NCBI GenBank assembly: GCA_038496445.1
Contig: JALMLS010000216.1
Location: 186,001-250,000, forward strand
Reading direction: 5' to 3'
Source of the DNA: Trichosphaerium sp. ATCC 40318
Lineage: Eukaryota; Protista; Tubulinea
Length of the DNA stretch: 64,000 nucleotides
Shown: positions 44,689 to 58,018 of the stretch, in pieces
Numbering within the stretch: the first letter of the stretch is position 1
How the letters are laid out: every line of letters begins with the position of its first letter
The notes under the pieces: model-generated
Database searches by the model: none
What the model was told of the DNA's origin: nothing
What the model saw: the letters and a program-made list of their open reading frames with translations, nothing else
Position numbers and translations under genes: made by a program

Positions 44689-47600
44689 TTACATTCGGAA
44701 CCTTCCAAAGCGGTTGGTTCGACCTGTTATATGATCTGAAACATAATTCTCAATACTGTGTGGTAGGATCTCACTGTTTGCCATAAGAGTGCTGAAACTC
44801 TTAGTACGGATAAGCATTGGTCTCTTTTTAGGACTATTTTTAGGTTTATGTACTGCACCTCCTGTAGAAAACAATCAGCATTAAGAGCTACAACACTAAA
44901 AAAAAACCATAGAAGATTTTGTCACGTTTTTTGTTTACAAGCATGTACCTTTCGCTTTTTCTCTTTTGTAAGTTACAAAACGTTTGTGTTCTATTGTATC
45001 TTTAACCACAAACCTTGCAACATGTACACGGCTATCTTGACCCATTCTACAATGTAGAATAAGTATGAAGTACATACAAAACCCCAAAAAGTAGTAGAGC
45101 GTACCTATAAGCTCTACCAATAGCTTGAGATTCAGTAGCATCAATCTCTTCCTTAGTACCGATTGCAGAGTCTATCACCATGTTAATACAGATGAAGGCA
45201 GCTAAAGACGTTGCAAAAGAAAACAGATTAGTACCAAGGAGAATTATGTGTTTGGCATTCATCAAGTTTGTTCCTGATGCCGCTTTCTTTGTGCTAAGAA
45301 GTAAAACACGAACATCTTGGCCTTCAGTATCGTTAAAAGATTTGATAGCCTTTTCTCTTCTGAAGACACTCCTTAAAAAAACCAGTTTTAGTACTTTCCT
45401 TTGTTAGCTTTGACTGATTTACCCTTCGATAGATGTGCTGTATATTCCGTGTTGGAATAATACACCAGCTACTGCGTGAAGTACATTTGTAAACTATGGT
45501 GTATATTAGACATGTAGAATGTGGTGGGAGTAAAGAGAACGTACGCTAGAAAACAAAATAATTTTTGCTGTTCTTGTTTCTTTCCATATACTCTCAAGGT
45601 ATTCAATCAGCACAGATATTTTAGAACCATACAAAATCAATCTTTCTTCTTTCTTTAGACCAACATACATCTGGTTGGGATATCCTTTCTAAACAAAAAG
45701 TCAGAGGTAAACAGGAAACACCTTTTAAAGCTATCCTTAACCACTAGTTATCGTACCTTAATAAGGTTTGATTCAAACTTAAGTTTAGGCCTCAATGCCT
45801 TTGTTAGTTGTGCTATTGTCGCATCTTCTTCAACATTTAATGAGCGAGCTGCTGCAGCCTTTTGCAGTTTATTTACTGTTGCATTTTCTAAAACAGAAAG
45901 TCCTAAACTTCTAGTTTTTGCCTTGATATTAAGCTTGGGCTTTTCCTTTTGCAAAAGATGCGTCAACAATCAACAAGATAAGGTGTTCTTAGAGAACTAA
46001 GCAACGCACTATTTCAAGAAGATCATCAAGAGCTTCATTCAAGTGCTTACACAGCTGAATAGAATCACGTTTTTCTTGTTTCAGTTTTTCTATTCTCGAT
46101 TTCGTTGTCCTAGTTTGTTGCCTTATACCTTCTTTCTGTGTCAAATATAAGTAAACACATGTACATTAAGGGTGTCTAGTAAAGACAGCAATATACAACA
46201 CCGTACCACAAGTTTTTTTAGTTTTTTTTTAAGTTTGGCGATTTCAATCTCATTACTTTTTTGTAGCGCTTTGTGACTGTTGACAGTTGTCTTCATAGAT
46301 TAAGTATTTCATTTATGACAAGTAACAAACGTGTCTAAGTACCTTAATCAATTTTTTTGTTTCATCATAGAGTGCAGGTAGCATTGGACCTTCTTTTGCG
46401 CTAGTAAGTGAACAAAGCATGCCAAGATCTACACAACATTAAAAAACCCAGCGTAGCAAGCCACATGTGAGACTTTTAACATGTCATATGCCCTACCCAT
46501 AGTATTGCATAATCTAGCAACTCTATAATGAACCCTTTGGATAGGGTGAAAGTCAACAAGCTCCTTTAAAGGAAAGTTAGTACCAGACACAAATAAAAAA
46601 ATATGTTTCATACTAAGATCTCTTTGTATGGTGGTATCTCCCAATCGTCTTTTGCGCTTTCTTTAGTGTGTCTCCACATATAATTATTGAATAATATATC
46701 ACTTAGAATCCATCTAATATAAATAAGCAAACAACCCTAGAAAGTTGAAGACCGAAAACCACATACGTCCTGTATTCTTCTGCAGCACTTTTGTTATCCC
46801 AATTTGTATGAGGTTGTCGAGTACCAGATAGTATATCTTGGATTGAGAAACCATACCGAGATACTCTTCAAAGGGATTTTAGATTGAAGCTATAAAATGG
46901 GTAATAATCATACCCATAGCGTGGATCACTACAAACTTTGTCTCTTGTAGGTCTTAATACTTCTCCAGTTAAGAAATTCAGAACACCAGGAAGTACAGGA
47001 CTTTTATAAATATTAATACAAGTCAAATAGCACTTATATAAGCTTACCTTTTAGGGAACGGTGTTCCAGTCACATACCACCTGAACTTGGATTGAAGGGA
47101 TGACAGGTAAGCTGAGGAATTATGAGATTGAATTTTCTTAAAAACACTACGCACAGTGCCATTGCTTTTTAAATAGTAGTTCATGTCCTTCATCAAGTAT
47201 TAATCGATGCCAGTAAATTAAATTCAATCCCTTTGTTCCCATTGATGCAATATAGTTTTTGTTACCAAGGAGTTGATGTGAAACAATAACAACATCTGTT
47301 CGATAAACAATAACTTGTCAGAAATGTTTAAGAATAGGTTGCAGTACCAGCCTCCAAAAGTGACTTCTTAGATGCTTTAGCTAGTGATTTCATGGTTGTG
47401 AGTTTTATAACTGTCATATCCCGCGTTGTTCTGTTTTTCATTTCGCCAGCCCATTGCTGAGCTAAGTGACTAGGACAGCATACTAAAGGAAAAAAATAAG
47501 ATAGGTTGATCAATGCGACTGTTTGCTGAAATAAAAAAAGTTACAGTACCAAGTGTAGCCTTAGAACAAGGTTTGCCTTCTATGGTTTCATCTTTCTCAA

Positions 47601-49610
47601 AATCAGACTCGTTATTCAAAATAAGGGCGAGGACTAAGTGTAATAGTTAATAGAGTATTCGCTAAGAAAAAAAACAAAAAGAATTCAAATAATGGTCCGA
47701 TTGACAAACAAGCCTACATACTTTCTATTGTTTTACCTAAAACGCATTGTTAGAAAGTTGAGTTGATATAGGTTACATTTTTTAGGTAAGTACTCACCAA
47801 GACCCATCTCATCAGCGAGAACACCACCGCGAAACTTTGCTTCTTTTTTATATTTGCCATATTGATCACTTGATATTACTAGCTTCTCGTTTAAATCGAA
47901 CATGATATTAGCACCTGATGTTGTCCAAGGTACAAGAGGTAAATATTTAATGTCTAGGCAAAAAGTGTTAGTAAGAAAACTAATGCGATCACCAAATCGA
48001 TTATTTGATTGAAAGTTGTATGACTTACATTCTCCTGCAGCTATCTGGCCTTCAACACCCACCATCCAACTCACACATTGTAGCTGGTAATTATACAATG
48101 TCAAATTTAAATCAGGAGGATTCTCAATAGTGTCTAGAACGCTCTAAACAAATTATTACCACCCGAAAAATTACAAAGTATCAGTTAGACATGCCTGGAT
48201 TTTTGGCTTCTCAAAGTCATAGCTTGCAACATCCAAAAGGCCACCTAATTTGGGATATAACTGACACAACACACAGTGAATTAGAATGTGTTGATTTGCA
48301 ACCTCTGAACCCTTCGCAATTTTTCGTTCCAATCTATTGAAAAGATCAGTTTATTTCAATCCTGAGAACAACTCCAATTTGATTTGAGGAACACGTACGC
48401 TCTTATGTTTATGTAAAGATCAACATTTACACAGGAGTCTGAATGAGGCATTTCTGCGCTGCGCTCAAACTTCCAAACTGATTCCTGCAGAACATAAGTA
48501 ATTCTCAAGAAAGATAAAAAAAAACTAGTGTCAAACCTTTTTCAATGGCTCTACACTGAATGAAGGATTGTATATATTATAATGTTTAATAGATAGCTTA
48601 GACCTTGCTAGACTTCCGACAAAAATACTTTTTCCCTTCTTGTTAAATCCCTACAAACCGAAACTGTAAAAAAACAAGAAATACGAAAATATCGAAATTT
48701 CAAAGCATAAAAGAAACATTTCACACATGTGATACCACGTGCTACAAAAGCTGTTGATTTTGATTCCTGACGTGTACCGAAATATGAAGAAAGGACTTAG
48801 TGCGTGATCTATATTCTTTAAAACGCTTTTGAAGAGATGTTGTGCTTTCCATAGTAATGGAATGTATACCCTTCTCGTAAACATAAATTTTTTTTTTACC
48901 CATCAACTCCTTTATCCAATTGCCAACGACAGAAGCAGATGATTTTACCCTCTAACGCTCAAAATCAGACTGTACAGTATTACCAAAGGTCACATAGAAT
49001 CAAGTCCTTTGTAGTACAAGAGAAAGAGACCTTCAACCAAAAAAAGAAAAAAAATAACAAAGAATTCAACAACAAAAAAAAAACGCACTTCAAACGATAG
49101 AGTATCAATAATTTGCCAATTTAATGTAATATCCTTTGATATATGCCACCAATGTATCTAAAAAAAGGTGTTAATTACACAAGTTCCTTCAGAAAATATA
49201 AAAACGACTGTACGTTTACTAAACCGCTTCTCTTTACGTCGCTACTGTGTAAATACGTAAAGATTTGCAGTAAAATTTCGCTTGGCAAAAACGGCGCCTC
49301 CTCAACGTCAATCGAAGTTAAAATTGCCTCCGGTTCATCTTCATCCATTGAATCAGCGATATCGTCTACTTCCAGGTCTTTTGGTGACTCAGGCTGTTTA
49401 AACTTAATTTTGCGCTTTTTCTTTGGCCTAGCCACTACTTCTATGTCATCAGTGTCTATATCCGCCTCGCGCCCTTTTTGATTTCTTGTAATGCGTTTTC
49501 TTTTTGGTTTGCGCTCCTACTCTCTGTTAGACCACACAATGCACCCACAGGGCAACCTGGACTTCCATATCATCCGGCACATAATCACAGTCATCATGTG
49601 TGTACGACAT
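44689..49610 (-). CDS. F-box-containing SNF2-family (Rad5/16/SHPRH-like) helicase
   Basis: FLPSEILLQIFTYL (F-box); LYNYQLQCVSWM, GGVLADEMGLGKT, CPSHLAQQW, WHRLILDEGHE, WYVTGTP, YGSKISVL, ASGTNLMNAKHIILLD, ESQAIGRAYRxGQ. Confidence 0.9.
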
Positions 49611-50190
49611 GTCAATTGTTAGTTTTTTGGCACTTGTATTGCGTTGACTGGTTTAAGAATCTACACTGCGCTGTACAAGCAGAGAATACCCTACTAACAA
49701 CGCTAACACAAAGCTATGCAACTAGTTTATCAACAAATGTAGAAGCGTGCAACACAGTTTTTGTAATTGATACAATTTGCCTAAAATTGAGAATGCGAAA
49801 ATACCTAAGCTAAAAATAAATTGACAGCACTGGCAGTACCTTTTCTCACCACTGCATTAACGAAATAATTTCTTATTACTTTACAGTACGATGTCAAGAA
49901 CTCTTTAAGGAGGGAGGAATGTTTCTTGAAGACAGTTAATGATCGAGATGTAGTGCTATATAGCCCTATAACTTATGTATATATGTAAACAATAGATAGG
50001 CCCAACTCATATACCACTCCTCTTGTTATATCCTCTCCGTTACAGGTGATGAGTCACAGTTTTGGCACTTTACGATGTAAGGAATGTCATTCTGAAGAAA
50101 CCTGTGGCAGTAACACGTTGACATTCAAAAATTTCATTTATCAATAAGGCACAGTAAAGTCTTAACTTTTTGTAATTTATAAGTTTTGTA

Positions 50191-53100
50191 TCAAACTCGC
50201 ACGTTCCTTTGTGTTAATAGTTCACTAGCAAGATTTAAAAACATACATCGTGTATACTAGATAATATAGGATATGTATAGGAAATAGTTGAAAGCATAAC
50301 TGTCAGTGAATACAAGTAAAACTCACGCAAAGCGACGTTGAACAAAGATTTACTTACTTCTACTTCTTTTGAAAAAAACTTCGCCGGTAGCATTAGTTCT
50401 AGAACTTATCAGTTAGACTGTATTACACTGTCTGAAGATATGAAATAACTTGTTTTAATAAAGGACGAAGGACATACCTGCTAGTAGCAAAAGGGTATTT
50501 TTCCAATGATTCTAAAGCTAATTTCTCTATGTTTTTCTGTCCTTCCAACAACGCTGGCGGTACAATATCTGACGCTTTGATTGTGTCTGCTGAGAATTCA
50601 ATATACTTGTCACCCTAAACAGCACAGGGTTAACAACAAAAGCTCTTGTCTGCATAATAAAGGTCGTACATAAGATTTTTTCTTTTTGCTGGTAGGGTTT
50701 ATTTCAAGATCAAGGTATGATTCTACATCAAACACTTGCTCAACGATTTCTGTGACAATCTGAAGAGACTGCCGTTTGTCTATTGACTTACGCAATATAT
50801 TCTTATAGCATAATGACACTAACGCACATCCTTCATCCATAGCTTCCTTTAAATCTTCGTTTCTTACTTTACACAAACCACGAGCACTTATCTTATAGAA
50901 AAAAAATCAGTTACTTTCATGTGTCAACCAATTATGTACCTCAGTCTTTAGTATGCCGTCATACTCTGATCGCATTGCTTCATTTATTTGGGTCCTTATT
51001 TTTCTATAGTCAATACCTTCAAACCATACGCAAAGACCAATACGTTCAAGCTCATTGTCAACTTCTTTTACTTTCGATATTAACTTGGTACGTAAATCTT
51101 CCACTTCCTTAAGTTGTGTTTGCTCTAATTCGCTTTGTAATATTTTATCCAAGTAGAACTACATCCGTGTTAAATAAAGTGAGAGAGAAAAGTAATAGAA
51201 CTTACCTTTATTGCATTCAAAACATCATCTTTTGATATTATCTTGAAATCTGTTGCATCTATAATACCTGGTCCTGACTCTCTCCATACAACAACACTAT
51301 CTTGTTGAGGAATCCTTTAAAGATGCGCTTAATACAGTTACTAAAAGAAAAATACACTCACCTTCCAAGAGGTCGGATTAACAAATAAAAAGCAACTAAA
51401 CAAAAAAAGTAAGCAAACAACTTTTATACTGCTGTTGACGTACGAAAGTCCCATAAAGTTACAAAATTATAGTAAACATAACTTAACCCTTGAATTAATA
51501 ATATTAAAGCAGGCTCTAGGGTATTAGAAGAAATAACAGGTAATGTAGCCAAGACACCTTAAAAACAACGCAATAAGAACTAAATAAATATGTTGTTAGT
51601 TACCGATTAATTGACTTCCAAACATGTAGAAAAGGGGGCTAAGTATTTTGTATAGCTGAATGCGAGATGAAACGTCCATTGTGTACATATCTAATATAAG
51701 TGCGTTCCATAGATAGTCAGTAACACCCCAACCTGTTAGTTTTTAAAAGTAAGAATAAACCAAGAAAACTTAGCACTTTTCATCTTACCAACGCCAATTA
51801 CAGGTGACGCTACAGTACCCCCAACCGTGATTAAGGCATGCCCTGTTGCAAAAATCGGGAAACTAATTAGGTTGTACGCGGTGAGTAAAGGTCCTGGGAA
51901 TAAGTAAGAATGCAACATAGAAAAAACTGTTACTAACCTTTAATGCAATAGTAGTAAATAATATTGACTGGTCGGACTAAAAACTTAGGGAATAATCCTC
52001 TATCTGGTTTCTTTTCAAACTTTCTCTAGATAGAGTAACATTTTTCCATACACCTGTAAGACTTTAGCCAAAATGGAAAGACGAAAAAAAACAAACACAA
52101 TAAATGTTAAGTCTCCTTTAACTAAATTTAAGTCATACGGCTGATACGGCCACGCCAAGATAACACTATCCTTTGTTTTTTATGTATTAATTTACATGTT
52201 GTCGTAGTTTGCTTCTTGAAACTACACAATGCCTACAGCCTGTTAACTTAGTTTAAAAAACATACACGACAGAAAAGTAAAATTACGAAGAATGTTCAGT
52301 ACGTTAAGTCCATAAGGACCAAGAAGAGCATAAGCAAGGCATGTGTTAGCAATATTAGCCGCCGCACATAATACTGATAGTAGAGCATTATAAAACCTCC
52401 AACCTAGTTCAGAAAATAAGGAGAAATATCCAGTACGTATTAACATTAAATTCTATGAAGGTACCAATGAATGTGCTTCTTGCACTTGTCTGTAAATCGT
52501 CTTTATACCACCGCTTGAGAACATGGCCTATGTCAGCAGCTGGTTCATGTAAGATTTCAACACAAGGACCATATACATCAGTAAACTCTTTGTGCAACTT
52601 TCCAAAAACTCTCGATGTTGGATCTTTACAAAAGTAAACGACTGACTCCTTTTACGTACTAACAGGACGTACTCTCTAAATATGAATTATACCTATGAGA
52701 CCCAATGAATAAACCTTCAGTTTGTTTATCTGTAACCTTCTTTGATCTTCAATAAGGTTTTTAAGTTGTTTCTTTATCCTCAAAGCATTTGCACTACTAA
52801 TCTTTATACGTTCAACATTATCAATCCATTTCGTTATCTCATCAATATCAACAAACTCTTTTCTTCCACCGAAAAATTCTTTAACCATTCTTCCATCACT
52901 CAATATAGCATCTACAACTTTAGGCTCTTTACCTTTAATGTCCTCATACATATAATCGCCATTGGGATGATGATAAAATTGCCTCACAAAGGCTTTGTAG
53001 GCTTGTTCTCTAAGATAATCAGTTAGCTATTTACCATTGTTCGCAATACCACCCAGTACTTCTTTTCCGTAGAACACGACTTTGTTTTCTTTTGAGGAAG

Positions 53101-53898
53101 CCCCACTATAGCACGAAATAGCATACGAAGAAACACTAGCAAAATAAGAAAATGAGTAGGCAAAGTAGAAAAAAACAAATTATGTTCAACTGTTTTGTTT
53201 GACTTACATCTCAAGTTTGCCGGCTTGAAGTAATCTGCAAGAATAATTGGTATTGAAGAAAGCCTTAATCTTTTTTTATACCAAGTTTCCCAGCTTAACA
53301 AGTTAGTAAGAAGATTGAAAAAATACCACGTGATTATCGTACGTTTTGGTATCAAGCTTTAATTTATTTCTTTTCTTGTAACCACTTTGAAGAGCTGGTG
53401 CAAGTTTCCATGTATACCCATCATGATCAAAAGTACCAGATTCTCTTATAGAAGCATATTGCTCTTTAGAGAATGACCGGAAAGCTCCAGTTTTAACTAC
53501 AAACTAAGTAAACAAAAGTTTTCAATAGTTAAGTTTCAAAAACGAAAAATCTGAAACTGAGTGAGCTCACTAAGAGTTGAGATTACAAAAATTAAACGCT
53601 TGCCTTCGGGTTTGTACTCGAATGACGTTTTGCCAAGCCTCTGGTTGAGTTTGGCTGCTTCCTTTGCACTCAATAGCGTAGAATGTACATAAATTGGCAT
53701 TGACGTTGGCCACTTAACGTCAAAAGTGCTGAGCAGGTTATTAAATTGTATTGACATAACTGACAAGTTGTTGGGAAGGTTATGCTGCTCTTCAACCCTG
53801 TAGTTTTCAAATTCAACCGGTATTCTGCTCTTCTTGACCTGTAAGCAATATTTTAGCGCTCTAGGCGCATTTTGGGTTACAATATTAACGCACATCAT
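50191..53898 (-). CDS. Large uncharacterised multi-pass membrane protein (many exons)
   Basis: Chain of in-frame exons with hydrophobic segments (WRFYNALLSVLC..., PLLTAYNLISFPIFATG...) and a helical C-terminal region; ends approximate. Confidence 0.6.
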
Positions 53899-55093
53899 GT
53901 CTAACGCGTACTACGTATGTTTTAACCGTTTTTTTGTTCTACATAGCATTTAACGCGGTTTTTAAATGTACACGCACTCTCAGTACTGTTTCAAGTCTAT
54001 TAAGCATAGTTTTAACGGATACCAATCGTACGCTGTTTTCTGCTGAACGTTGAATGCAGTGAGCTTATTCACGTGAGATTTGTTATAATTAACATTTCAC
54101 TAAAATAATCACGTTTAAGTGTTGGTGCATTAAAATACTGTGGACACCAAAACGAACTGCAGATGTAACCATGCGAATAATAATTGAGTTTATTCATTGC
54201 ATCACAGAAAATACAATCTATAAATATTATGCCTTTTAATCTAAAAGTTTGAGAAACAAAAATGCTGGTCTATACATCAAGAGTTACTTTGAAAAGAGGT
54301 TCACATCACAGCCAAAGAACACCAAAAACGGAAGGAGCATTATTGTAATTAGCATATTCAAGAATAGCGTGGTTCAGAGGATGTACCTTGTAGGACTTGA
54401 ACAGAAGTTCAAAGATACTTTCAAGCTAAGTGTACATGCGTTCAATAATTGCATGGCATTCTTCAAATTTTGATTGTAGTAAATAGAAATTGCTTTGTTG
54501 AGTGATAATGCTCATTGATTTACTTATGTGGTACTAGTACATTCATGTTTACATCTTTTTATGCCAGAGCTCATAGTGTTGTACGTAATCCATTGCCAGT
54601 ATAATCACCGTCCATCTTTGCAATATCAACTAAAAAAATAGCATATTTACTGTAGTAGGATACCAAGAAGCAATTCAAGAAGCACCCAAGTGCACAAGTT
54701 TGCAGCATGTTTTATTACTTCTTTTGCCTTCAGACTTTCTGTCGGCTGCTTGAACTGTCACAGTCTCAAATTTTTTTTCATTCCTGGTCAGCTTTAGACA
54801 CACTTCGACAACTAGGTGGCTGGTTTTTATTTGGCTAGGGCTTCTATAACTGTAGGTTCTAGTCCGTCATTTTTTCATGCAAGTTAGTTAATTTGTAAAG
54901 TATGTAAAGTGTTACTTAAAAAGTGATTGTTGTGTTGGTTTGTTTATTAAGAGCAGTTTGTAAATAATAGTCTTCAAACACGCAAGAAATTCATGTGACT
55001 GCTGTTTATCACGTGATACAAAATGTTTCAGATAGCGCGCAGCTAATATATTTTCAATTCAGGACAAACTGGATATTGTCACCATAATCTTGA

Positions 55094-55975
55094 ATGACTT
55101 GTCTGATGAATAATAACTCATTTATGGTACATAGTTGCAACAATCATGCATTGATTACACAACAAGCCTTCGCAAAAGTAATGAGCAACATTTTTAAGTC
55201 AGTTGTTACGACTAGCAAATATGGTACAGCAGACAATTGTCAATTTTGTTTGAGGACTGAGCTTGACCAAGCAACAAAAAAAAACATCGCAACTTAGCAG
55301 TGCCTGTAACAGGCTTATGTCAAATCTACCCGCCAACCGCCGTAAATCGCAAGAGCGCGGCATAGAACATCTAGCGGATAAGTATTTAAAAGAACTTGAT
55401 CAATTTGCCGCAAAGAATGCCAATATTAATAAACAACGCGAAGAGAATGATGAATTGCGAAAGGCACGTAGAAAGCGAGTCGCTGTGTGGAAACCTACAG
55501 CTTTCTTGCATGCCGCAGGGCTGCGTTAAGGGCGAGTTGTAGCTGAAAGCGTAGGAGACTTTTAAACTGTGAACTGGTCATGTGGAAACCTTCAACTTTC
55601 TTGCACGCCGTAGGGCTGCGTTAAGGGCGATTTGGAGCTGAAAACGTGTTTAGTGAGCGGTTTGCGGTCTTTCAACAACAATGTGGTGGTTTTTTTTAAT
55701 CTTTTGTTTTATGCACTTGAGAATACCACTAACGTGTGCTATAGAAAGCTACCAAGGACATGATAATGAAATTACTACAAGATGCAACTGAGTACAAGAA
55801 TTTGAAACGCAAGTACGACGAGCTAAAAGATGACTACAACAATGTAAAACAAGAGCTTGAACGTGTCAAAAGATTTAAAACATCAATTTATGAGGCAGTT
55901 GATAATATTTGTGAAACAATAGAACAAGAAAAGGCTGCTGAGCAGCCTGATGTAATACTACTAGAAAAACCGTAA
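55094..55975 (+). CDS. Uncharacterised coiled-coil protein
   Basis: Exons HLADKYLKELDQFAAKN...RKR and KATKDMIMKLLQDATEYKNLKRKYDELK...; start and intron boundaries uncertain. Confidence 0.5.
55486..55647 (+). repeat. Tandem direct repeat, two 67-nt copies (55486-55552, 55581-55647), each folding into a hairpin
   Basis: Direct alignment shows 7 differences in 67 nt; period 95 nt. Confidence 0.9.
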
Positions 55976-56200
55976 ACAAAAAGATGAAAGGTGCTTGTAC
56001 AATAGTAAAAGAAATGAAAGAACGAAAGTGTCACTTTTTTTGACACCTGTCAAACCTATGTCCCTTATCTTAGATAATATGGACACGCTTTTCGAAAGCA
56101 ACTTCGTTGCACCTTATTCCAGTGAAGAACTTGTATTACTATCACAAGATGATGTAGTAAACTTATTTATTCGATTAAAAAAAAATAAAGTTTTATCTTC

Positions 56201-57658
56201 TTACAAATCAAGGTCATTGTCGTCATCAAGAGTTGTTCTTTTGGTTCCTTCAGTATCTGTCATATCTTCAAGTGCAATAAATTCTCCACCCTGTTGTTTT
56301 CTTTTATATCTTGCTACAAAGAGGCCAGGTAGAGCAATGAGTGTTAGTGTAAACCTACAACGCAAAACAGTTACTTCCAGCTAAGCAAAAAGATGGTGAG
56401 ACCACAGGTCTGTAAACATACCAAAGAACGTTTGGCACAATCATGAACAGCTTTACAAGGAATAACCAAGCTGCGTAAACTGTATCAGGATCCTCCCACA
56501 TGATGATAGGAACGTTTTCGAATACAGTGATTGGGTATGCAGCATCAGCAGCTTCAATAGCTTTGATACCTTTCTTGCTACCAAGAATGTTTACTACGCG
56601 TACACCTACGAGAAATGTCAGTTTACAAAAAAATAATACAGCAACAAAAGCTGCGTGCAACCTACCAGCGTTTACGTCAACGTTCCATCTACTCAAGCAA
56701 GGGTGATCTCCTTGGCTAAATATTGTTTTACAAGAGTTCTCTTCATCATCCTTAGGCGCTTCATAGCCGCAGTGAGCCCACGCGTAAGCAGTTTTGTTTA
56801 CCTAAAGAAAAAAAATTGGTATTTCAAAGGTAGAATGCCCAAGTAAGCCTACTTCGTGATAACTTGACTCATTCGAGAATATCGGCGCTACACAAGAGAA
56901 ATGGAAAGCACCAGAACCATGTGAAGTTTCCTTAATATGATTAAGTGAGTATGAGACTTTTTTAACAAAATAAAAGTGTCAATGTCATACCACATGTTGT
57001 CCAATGTAGTTAGTTTCAACATACACAGTATCTCTGAAGTAAAATGCATCGTATTGGCTGAACTCAGCCTTTGACAAAGGAATAAATGATGCTGTGTTAA
57101 TACGGTATTCTTCGACAGTGTAAAACAAGAAAGAAGCCATGAAAACACCAGCTCCGATAATGATTGCCTACAAACAGTTTTAACAGTTTTGTTGCCATTT
57201 TAGGACGCACTCCAACAACCCAACCCAAACCAGTACTAACAAGGGCGCGTTTATCGGCGTACCAACTAATACGAGTTTAATTTTCGTGTACCTAAAACAA
57301 AGTATTCGCTACCTGTACGACATCAAGCCAAAAATTAGCAACGATAAGGCTACTATACCGCCTAGCATGCCAACTATCAACCATTAGTACCCTTTGCTTA
57401 AATCATCACGTACGTTTGCTAATACCGCCAAGAGGGAAACAACTGTTTAAAGCAGCGACCAAACAAAGCAACTACGTCCCGTAAGCATTAAAGTAAGATC
57501 GATAAGCTATTTTCTTAAAACTCTGTGTATAAGCGAAAACGCACTGCGAATTGGATACTCAGGAACGATTCTGGTCCTCCTAGCCATAGAAGCCGAAAGA
57601 CATTAAAGCACCCGCAGCAGCAGTTTGCCATGCAAGTGAAAGGGTTTCCACAAGCCAT
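56201..57658 (-). CDS. Uncharacterised membrane protein with Cys-rich N-terminus
   Basis: MACGNPFTCMANCCCGCF..., hydrophobic helices, acidic end DDDNDLDL*; multiple short exons. Confidence 0.55.
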
Positions 57659-58018
57659 TAGAAGTGTTTATGGTAACAACGAGCCGAGTTTCAGCTGACT
57701 ACTCGCGACTTGTGTGTTTTCGATAACGGCACTACGGATTCCGCTAGTACGACGCGCGTAGCACGTAAACAAATAAGTCCGAAACGCAATGGCTCAATTT
57801 TGAGCGGAGTTGAGTTTTTGTAATTGGGACGAAGCGCAGATATGTTTCGTTTGGTTTTTTTGCCGAAACGAGCGGGTCGCTGGATTGACATTTGAGCGGT
57901 ACAGTTTTTTTTTTTTACTCACAACAATCTAGATACAAGAAGCGTTTAGTTTAGTTCACACAGCGTAGAGATTGTGGTAATAAATAATTTAGTTAATTTA
58001 TTTGACACTTGAGATATT

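Noticed and set aside
44689-44874. ORF MFSTGGAVHK as a separate gene or as the start of the actin fusion
   Set aside because: It splices in frame as the last exon of the SNF2 helicase and ends in TAA followed by AATAAA.
53497-53603. Apparent GC-AG intron (G|GCAAGC)
   Set aside because: A GT donor 6 nt downstream keeps the same frame, so GC use is not forced.
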